Positions 17,983 to 26,896 of a stretch of 64,000 nt of DNA are shown here, piece by piece (within the stretch, counting starts at the first letter, position 1; the number at the start of each line of letters is the position of its first letter). The notes below the pieces were generated by a model. It was not told the DNA's origin. It did not search any database and saw only the letters and a list, made by a program, of their open reading frames with translations. The stretch is from the NCBI GenBank assembly GCA_964016885.1, contig OZ024742.1, forward strand, positions 97,650,001 through 97,714,000, in the 5' to 3' direction. The stretch comes from Eledone cirrhosa (Eukaryota). Both the position numbers and the translations under genes were made by a program.

Positions 17983-18354
17983 CACGACCGTGACTTCTGG
18001 CGTCACGCAGTAATACAGGGTACCCGACCTCCCATGGGTACATGCTGAAGCATATAAACAATATGCCCCCCCCCCCCCCACCGCAAGGTGGTCGTGGAGG
18101 TGCCACGGCAAAAAAGCACCCAGCCCACACTGTAAAGTGGACGTGTAGGCGCCACGAAAAAGCACCCAGCACTCACTGTAAATGAGGTTGGTGTTAGGAA
18201 GGGCATCCAGCTGTAGAAATCAAGCCAGATCAGTTCCTGTATGAGCAAGGCATGGTCAGCCGACCAGACACTGCCCACAACAGGACAACCCGTCTAACCC
18301 ATGCTAGCGTGGAAGAACGGACGTAAAACGGTGATGATGATGATGATGATGATG
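17983..18354 (+). mobile_element. RTE 3'-end fragment, near-identical inverted copy of 16547-16925
   Basis: CACGACCGTGACTTCTGG...GGACGTAAAACGGT(GAT)n matches the reverse complement of the neighbouring copy. Confidence 0.9.
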
Positions 18355-18547
18355 TACATATATATATATACATATATATGTACATATATATATATACATA
18401 TATATATATACATATATATATATACATATATATATATACATATATATATACATATATATATATACATATATATATACATATATATATACATATATATATA
18501 TACATATATATATATACATATATATATATACATATATATATATATAC

Positions 18548-18596
<49 letters not shown>

Positions 18597-18734
18597 CATA
18601 TATATATATATACATATATATATACATATATACATATATATATATATACATATATATATATACATATATATATATACATATATATATATACATATATATA
18701 TACATATATATATGTATATATATACATATACATA

Positions 18735-18784
<50 letters not shown>

Positions 18785-18796
18785 CATATACATATA

Positions 18797-18958
18797 CTAC
18801 ACACCCTTTGAACTCTGTTCCCACACACTTCTCACCTGAGGAAGGGCTTATGCCCGAAACGTCGTCCCCCACTAACACCCCACTCTCCAGAGCGTGAAAT
18901 TAATAAACATTCGTTGTACTGCCTCTCTGTTTTGTCCCTGTTCAAATGTTTCCATTAT

Positions 18959-18960
<2 letters not shown>
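18797..18960 (+). mobile_element. Solo pLTR-like island with minimal HHR motif inside a TA array
   Basis: CTGAGGA-A-GGGC-TTAT-GCCC-GAAACGTC at 18836-18863. Stem I is weak. Confidence 0.6.

Positions 18961-18995
<35 letters not shown>

Positions 18996-19056
<61 letters not shown>
18996..19056. repeat. (AG)n microsatellite
   Basis: Direct reading. Confidence 0.95.
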
Positions 19057-19057
<1 letters not shown>

Positions 19058-19700
19058 CACATGGCTTAGTGGCTAGAGCATTTGCCTTGCAATCGAAAGG
19101 TTGTGAGTTCAATTCTCAGACTGGGTGATGTGTTTGTAACACTCTCTAGACAAAGGGAAGTAGCTAGAGCTACTTCCCGTAGAATTTCTAGAACATTCCT
19201 TGAACTTCCGTTCCATGTATTATAAAAGAAAGAGACATCTCTCTCTCACTATAACAAATAACAACAATAACGAAATATCCCTTTTCTCTTTCTTTTATAA
19301 TAAATACCTGGAACAGAAATTCACGGAATGTTCTAGAAATTCTATGGGAAGTAACTCTAGCTACATCCCTTTGTCTAGAGAGCGCTACATGTTGTTTCCT
19401 TGAGCAAGACACTTTATTTCACATTGCTCCAGTTTACTCAGCTGTAGAAATGAGCTGATAGGACTGGGGTCCCTATCATTCCACTGCAAAGTGGTCGTGG
19501 AGGTGCCACGGCAAAAAAAGCACCCAGCCGACACTGTAAAGTGGACGTGTAGGCGCCACGGATAAAGAAAAATCGCCCAGCACTTATTGTAAATGAGGTT
19601 GGTGTTAGGAAGGGCATCCAGCTGTAGAAATCAAGCCAGAATCAGTTCCCGTCCCACCCTTGCAAGCAGAGAAATGCGGACATAAAATGATGATGATGAG
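19057..19700 (+). mobile_element. tRNA-derived SINE with RTE-derived 3' tail, interrupted by a MITE
   Basis: A box TGGCTTAGTGG, B box GAGTTCAATTC, core TCCTTGAGCAAGACACTTTATTTCAC. 19480-19640 matches the RTE 3' UTR at 18080-18230. (GAT)n tail. Confidence 0.75.
19135..19389. mobile_element. MITE with about 100-bp TIRs, TGT...ACA termini and 4-bp TSD (Ginger-like)
   Basis: TGTAACACTCTCTAGACAAAGGGA... / ...TCCCTTTGTCTAGAGAGCGCTACA. TSD TGTT at 19131-19134 and 19390-19393. Confidence 0.85.
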
Positions 19701-19959
19701 GGAAAGAAAGAGAGAGAGAGATAGGAGGCATTATGATAACATTCGTATTAACAAAAATATATATTGAAAAATAATTATGAAAATTGTTCATAATTATGTT
19801 TATAATGTATACAAATAGCTATAGAGTTATTCTGTGTAACATAAAACATATGGATATATATAAGATACCCATGAAAGATCAAATGACATTTTGAATATTT
19901 GGTTATTCACAAATGGGATATCAATATCATAAACACAATAAATATATATATTTGTGGAT

Positions 19960-20620
19960 TTGTAAACAGAAAGATTGGAAAATCAATCACTTAGTTTTAT
20001 AATATTTATATGACTTCCCAAAGGGGATTCTACATGGTTGTTTGACCAGCTAGAAATAACAGGAAATGTTCCCTCAAATATACTTCACATGTTATTCAAT
20101 ATGATACACAGAAACATTGAAAAATAAATTGTGTAGTCTTAAAATATATTATGAGCTTTTATGTTGTTGTGACAGACTAGAAATAGCAAGCAAATATCCC
20201 TCAAACATACCTCTTGTTGTACACTACAAGATAAACAGGAAGATGAAAAAATCAAGCACTTATTATCAGTTTTATAACATATTATTTGAGTGAGTATTTA
20301 CATGGTTGCTAAAACAAACTGTAAATACCAGCTAAATGTCCCTTACACATATATACAAGAAGATAGACAGAAAAATTGAAAAATCGATTTTTTTAAACTT
20401 TAACATATATTAAGTGAGAAAATTAGAGAGCTTCTGTGAGTAATTAGAAATAGCAGCTAAATGTCCCTCATATCATACTGTATCATCTTCTATAGTATTT
20501 CAAGGCATAATGTGGTCCAATGTACACAATGCCTGAAAACAAAAGGATGGCAATAGCTGGAATGCATTAGTTCATAGTTCTACACATACATGGCTGTCAT
20601 GAGGCTAAACAACAACAGTA
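19960..20620 (+). repeat. Four degenerate 130-140-bp tandem units followed by the rest of an interspersed repeat ending in (AAC)n
   Basis: Motif ...TAGAAATAGCAGCTAAATGTCCCTCA... near 20050, 20178, 20320 and 20445. Confidence 0.65.
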
Positions 20621-20624
20621 ACAA

Positions 20625-20733
20625 CCATGCCGAGGTTAACTTTGCCTTACATCCTTACGGGGTCGATAAAATAAAGTACCAGTAATACACTGGTTAATTG
20701 CTGATCTTGTGCCAAAAGTAGAAACAATTATAT
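20625..20733 (+). mobile_element. Nin/Deu-core SINE fragment
   Basis: GCCGAGGTTAACTTTGCCTTACATCCTTACGGGGTCGATAAAATAAAGTACCAG; matches 47586-47683. Confidence 0.75.
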
Positions 20734-22399
20734 TAAGGCATTCTTGATGTTTTCTGTAATTAAAATATCATAGATTTGATGATATTTACAATTACTGGAA
20801 TGTTGTTGCTAGATATCAGGTCAATATCAGAAACAAAAGCCATAGACACAACTACCACCATAATCCATGCTGCAACAATTACAACCACCCCACAGCCATA
20901 CCATGTAATATGCCTTCATCATTACCACCATCATCTCTCCCACTAATAGCACTACCAGTAATATGACTACTACCACAAAGCCACCGCTACCACCAATGCA
21001 GAATTATCATACACTCACTCTACCACCAACATTACACAATCACCATATCAACACCATCACAACTACCACACAATTAGCATACAACCATCATCCCTACTAC
21101 CACCACACACTCAGGAAAACCATGCCTACATCCTACCACCACCACTTCACAATACCACTACCACCACCACCCCTGCACTATAACTCCACCACTACCCCAC
21201 TATCACCACCATCCTTTGCCATCCTTAACAATAAGTGTGGCATTCATTGTAACAAATGATTTACAATGAGCATTCTAACAGTTTCTTCTGCTGGTGGTCA
21301 TTTCAGTTTCTAAGTCATTTGTAAATGCACTAAGCTGAAAGGGATATCATTTAGACACCAGTCAACATAAATATGTGTATACAGTCACTCTACACAGATC
21401 TCAATAATCATATTCTGACCATCGACGCTGATTTATTCTGACCATTTCCCACAGAAAGGTCCTCTGCAAATTACTTTGGCGGCATTAAGTAAAAGTTATT
21501 GTCCATAAGTGTGATGGCCATATTTCTATATATTCCTAGCTTAACTTTGTGTACATGTGTGTACGTGTGTATGTGTGCATGTATATATTTCTATGTAAAT
21601 ATCAATTTGGATGTCACATTAAGCATATATATATATGTGTGTGTGTGTGTGTATATATGTGTACACATATATAAACATATTGATAACCATGTAATATATA
21701 TGAGCAAATATTCATATATACACACATACATATGCACACAAACACACACAACTACACACAGATACATAGGCAGACAATGGGGGAAGTAAATAGAAAATGA
21801 GATGAAAAATATTCATGAAAGTGTATGTTTATGACTGTGTGGCTAAGAAGTTTTCTTTGCAGCTATGAGGTCCCCTGTTCAATCCCACTGTGTGGCATCT
21901 TCGAGATGTAGCTTTCAACATAACTTTGTGATTACTTATATCTTATTTGAGGTATTGTGTAGATGGAAAATACAAGAAATATATCAGTTAGAAGCTACTT
22001 TAATATTAAAGTTCAGCTTTTTCACTACAGTATCAAGCAAATTCTTCCTTAGGATTTTGTCAAGGGTACATTTTTCCATGGAATACTCAACCATTTATGC
22101 TACAGTTCAGAAAATAGGTAATTCCCTTGAACAAACATGATGCTCATTGCTGAAATGGATGTGGATGAATTTCAATGCAGCCACATACAAACAAGTATAT
22201 TTACATACATAAATGCAGTCTTTTGAATGAAATTCGGTAGATGGAAACTGTGTGAAAGCATGTGATAACCATTCTTGTGCTGGTTCTATGATAAAATGCA
22301 CCCAGTTCACCCTGTAAAGTGTTAGTATCCATGCCACAAAACATGCATCCTGTACATTCAATAAAGTGTTTGTGGTGGTGCTTTGTAAAAGTGCACCCA

Positions 22400-22760
22400 T
22401 TATATATTGCAATGGAAATATGAGAGAAAAGCAAATCTTGGATAAACGGAGGGAAAAACTGGGTTTCAAAGGAATCTAAAGTGGTGTGCAAGAGAGAAGA
22501 CTGTGTAGGTATGGGCATGTGATACACATGGATGATGATTGCTGGGTCAAGAAGTGCCAGGAAATCCCACTTGAAGGAATATGTAGTAGAGTTAGCTTGA
22601 GGAACACCTGGGTGAAGGTAGTAAGAGCTGATCCCAAATTGCTGAGACTCACAGAGAATATGATGAAGGAGTACAATCAGTGGAGTTATGCTGTGCTGAA
22701 AAGGACCCATCAAACCCATGCAAATGTGGAAAAACAGATGAAAAAATGATGATGATGATA
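22400..22760 (+). mobile_element. Degenerate RTE 3' end
   Basis: QERRLCRYGHVIHMDDDCWVKKC...; (GAT)n tail. Confidence 0.75.
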
Positions 22761-23194
22761 TACTCTGTAAGGTGGTTACAGTTTAGAATGGCATCCAGCC
22801 ATAGAGGCCATGCCAGATATGGAATATGTAAGCTAGATCGGTCACTTCAACCCATTTGATTTTAGACTGAGACAACTAGTCAAACCAATGCCAGCTTGAA
22901 ACAAAAAAATAATGAGAGATGGGGGAGAAGGTGAGAGTACTTCTGAAGGTATACATATATGTGTATATGAGCTTGTGTGAGTAGATGTATAGATACATGC
23001 ATATATTGTATTTTGTATATTTCTGTAACTCATGATGGAGTTGTAGGCATGTCATCATGACTTACAGTATACCTTAGGCATTTTAAAACCTGCCAGAGTC
23101 CATCCCTCTTCATATCTGAATACAGATATTTTTTCCAGAGGAGAGAAAAGAAGTGAGAAAGAAATATAGAGAAATAATCCACCCGAATACTGGA

Positions 23195-23305
23195 CTGATA
23201 CTGTTTTTTATCAACATTGAAAGGTTGAAAAGTAATGTTCACCTCAGTGGCATTAGAAAGCAGAAAGCTGGAATATATACTGTAAAGCATTCTATCTAAC
23301 AACGC
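23195..23305 (-). mobile_element. Degenerate Nin/Deu-core SINE
   Basis: Reverse complement resembles GAGGTGAACATTACTTTTCAACCTTTCAATGTTGATAAAAAACAGTATCAG. Confidence 0.5.
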
Positions 23306-23307
23306 TG

Positions 23308-23498
<191 letters not shown>

Positions 23499-23511
23499 AT
23501 ATTTATATATA

Positions 23512-23573
<62 letters not shown>

Positions 23574-23893
23574 TATATACAGGATGCACATAGATTTGGT
23601 TGAGTTATAGTTGCAAAGTTTTAGAAAGTTAGTTGCCTTTGACAGACACACGAGATCATATGTTGTCATGGCAACAAAATCTCATTTGAACGTTTCATAT
23701 ATAACCTATCAACTCATTATTTGACAACAATCTTTCCACTTTCCTCCTAAATCTTACCTCTTACCTCAGTAATTACCTTCTCTAAACTTCCGTACAGTTT
23801 ATACTGAGTTGACCCTACTACATCTGTCTGTGTGTCCTTGTCGGCTTTCAAACCCATTACACCCCACTTTTCACATTCTGGTCCCCATCACAT

Positions 23894-23939
<46 letters not shown>

Positions 23940-24633
23940 TACACACAATCTCTTTCCCTTTTTGTCTGTCTGTCTGCCTACCTGCCCTGCCTGTACACCA
24001 CCCTGCAACTTCTAATCACTTCCCTCCACCTGCCTTTTTACTCACTCTCTTTCACGCCTCATCCTCTTTCTCACATACATTCTCTCTAACTGCTAACACA
24101 TTACATACTTCCACTCAGATCTCTGCCCATCCCTCCCGTTTTTCATCCTCTCTTTTCACACTCTCTTGGCACATATTCTTGCAAACTCATTGCGAAGCAC
24201 TTTTCAATGGCTACTCCTCCTGCCATACCTCCCCCTATCTCTCTCACACTCACTCTTTATCTGCCTGCCTGCAAACACATACCTCCCCCTTCAACTATCC
24301 CCCTCTCTCTATCTGCCCACAAATACCACTGTCTGTATACCTGGTTGCAAATACATCACCCCGTCTTTCAAATTCGGCTAACCCTTTCTCACACACTCTT
24401 TCTGTTAATTAAACTGCCTACAAAAACCTTACATTGTGTCCTATTACAAAAGCAGAAGAAATCCTTACAGGCAGGATTCAAGCCCAAAATGAGTAGATTG
24501 GAGCAAATATTTAATATTAGACTGCTAACTGGAAGACAACTGCAACACCAATTTAATCTCTATTATATCTTCAACTTCAGAAATCCTTTTGATCATGTTT
24601 GGCACAAGTGTTGGAGGTTTTGAAATTCAACTA

Positions 24634-24844
24634 CAGGGTGCAGCAAAATTATCTGACACAATTGTACGTTTAATAAAAGCGAAATAGAATAAAGAATGAA
24701 CAAAGTATTTTTATTTTCTAAATATACATATAATGCCATTTTGTTTTGTTTTGTTTTAAATATTACATCAACCAAATGGCATTCTTTATTCTATTTCACT
24801 TTTAATAAACGTACAAATGCGTCAGAAGATTTTGCCGCACCCTG
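24634..24844. mobile_element. Tc1/mariner-type MITE, about 65-bp TIRs, TA TSD
   Basis: TA|CAGGGTGCAGCAAAATTATCTGAC...GTCAGAAGATTTTGCCGCACCCTG|TA. Confidence 0.9.
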
Positions 24845-25251
24845 TATAATTCAAGAAGTATTAAAAAACTCAAACAGAGCAGTTCTCGTGATTATCAATA
24901 TCGAGACTTTTTCAAGGTGATTGATAGGGATGTCTCTTGTCTCCCATACTTTTCAATTTTTTGCTGGAGAACATCATCCAAGAAACATTACAATACCTCT
25001 ACATCTGTATTCTCTTTAGAGGAGGGGATCTTGCACTTACTGATGATATCCACCTGTTATGAAAAGAAATCTAGTAGGTCAAACCCAGAAAGAATATTAG
25101 AAAGAGGATATAGAATGTAGATTAATTCAGAAAAACAGAAAGATTCTGGTTAATAGACATAACCAGAATACAGGAAACAGCATCATACTGAATGGAGAAA
25201 AACTTGAAGAAGCTGACCAATGACCAACATTGACTAAGAATGGAAGCTCAT

Positions 25252-25810
25252 TTCTTCTTCTTCACCCACTTATTTCTGAGAGTGTTGTTGGGGAAGAGTC
25301 CTCAAATAATCCTTCCAGCAGGTCCTGTCAGGAGCAACCATTTCCAACTGATCCGGATGGATCACCAAGTGAGACCAGCCAAGCTCATGGATGTTATCCA
25401 ACCATCTTGCTTGGGGGTCTACCTCTGTGTCTCCTGCTGGTTGGTTATGCCCATAAAATCTGTCCAGCGACTCTTTCCTGAGACATTCTACCACATGCCC
25501 ATAGTATCGGAGCTGTGATCTCTCAATTCAGAGAAGTAGAGGCTCTACTTGGAGTCACTCTCTGATCTCCGAGCTACTCACTCCATCAAGTAAGGTTACA
25601 GCAAAGACCTCTGGTAAAGCCTATGCTAAGTGTCTGGAACAGAGATGCAAGGAGATTTCCAAGCGAGCTGATGAACAGTATGGTTTTTGCCCTGGATGCC
25701 ACAGAGTTGACTAAATATTCACATTGCAGTAGGTCTTTGAGAATTCTTTGGAGTATTGCCAAAAGGTATATTCTTGTTTGGTAGCTCACTAAAGATGATA
25801 ATGACAAGAC
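25252..25810 (-). mobile_element. RTE-type LINE 3' fragment nested in the older LINE
   Basis: (TTC)n tail on the + strand; degenerate ...FYGH... and ...RWLDNI... motifs on the minus strand. Confidence 0.55.
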
Positions 25811-26594
25811 ATAGTTTGGCCTCTTCTAATAGGACAAAGCTGTACACTATATGGAAAAGCAACTCCATCAGTTTTTCAATGAGGTTTCGATTGTACAAGT
25901 CCCAGGTGAGTTCTATCCATCAGTATGAGTTTGAGAGTGGGACTCCTACAATCAGCACAGAACAAAGAATCCAGGTATTAGAGTACAAGAGCTTAAAAAA
26001 ACTGCTACACATCCAGTATACAGAGGATAAGTCAAACCTCTTTTGTCAGGCAGCAAGTCAACAAATATGCTGGCAAGCAAGAAGCTTTCTTTGCAGTGGT
26101 AAGCTTACCTGGTACAGTCATGTATCCTATCCTGCCACAACTTCCTGTTTGAAACAATTCATTAGGGCACAGTTTAAAAAGTGTGAAGAAGAGAAGGTTT
26201 TGACCTGGCAACATGAAAAAATGCGAGCCTTCTGCACAAGATATATTTTAGAGACTGCTAACTGAAAATATCAAGAGTAGCAACCCAACAACTGACTACA
26301 ACAGGTGCAGGAATTTGAATCATATATATCATCATCATCACCATTTCACATCTATTTTCAATGCTTACATGGGTTAAATGAATTGAATGCGTTGCCACCT
26401 TATGAGAAGAGCCAGGTCAGGTTACATGTTTTAATCATATGGATGTGTTTATGGCATGGTTTCTGTGACTGGATGTTCTTCCTAATGCTAACTATATTAT
26501 ACTGTGTACTGGAAGTGTTTTTGTTGCACCAGCAAGACCACCTTACATATGGGACTGAGTACATACACACAGGCACACACACATATATATATAT

Positions 26595-26805
26595 TGGAAA
26601 TGCCAGTGGAAGGCAGGCAGAGTAGAGGTAGACCAAGAAAGACATGGGCAGAGGTGGTGAGAGCTGTCCTCAAATGAGGAGAGCTGAGACTCACAGATTT
26701 GATGACGAAAGAACACTGTGAGAGGAGAGAAACTGTACCGAGAAGGACCGGTTAAACCCATGCAAGTGTGGAAAAATGGACATTAAAATGATGATCATGA
26801 TGATA
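26595..26805 (+). mobile_element. Degenerate RTE 3' end
   Basis: GTAGAGGTAGACCAAGAAAGACATGGGCAGAGGTGGTGAGAGC (similar to 39746-39790); GAT tail. Confidence 0.7.
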
Positions 26806-26832
26806 TTTATATATAATAAATATATATATATG

Positions 26833-26894
<62 letters not shown>

Positions 26895-26896
<2 letters not shown>

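Larger units (their letters stand above)
24420..26265 (+). mobile_element. Old RTE-type LINE RT relic interrupted by two insertions
   Basis: QAGF...EQIFNIR...QHQFNLY...F.NPFDHVWH, and later IWKSNSISFSMRFRLYKS...KLTWYSHV. Confidence 0.75.

Noticed and set aside
16858-18165. 435-aa ORF with RTE motifs at both ends
   Set aside because: Chance read-through from an antisense RTE UTR across a microsatellite into a truncated RTE fragment; not a gene.
20850-21220. Pro/Thr/His-rich ORF at 20963-21259
   Set aside because: Degenerate (ACC/CAC)n low-complexity tract with no splice or domain support.
21440-21520. Possible micro-exon (TTTCCCACAG...GTAAAA) or conserved non-coding element in unique sequence
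   Set aside because: Weak donor site, no partner exons or recognisable peptide; cannot be supported without alignments or RNA-seq.
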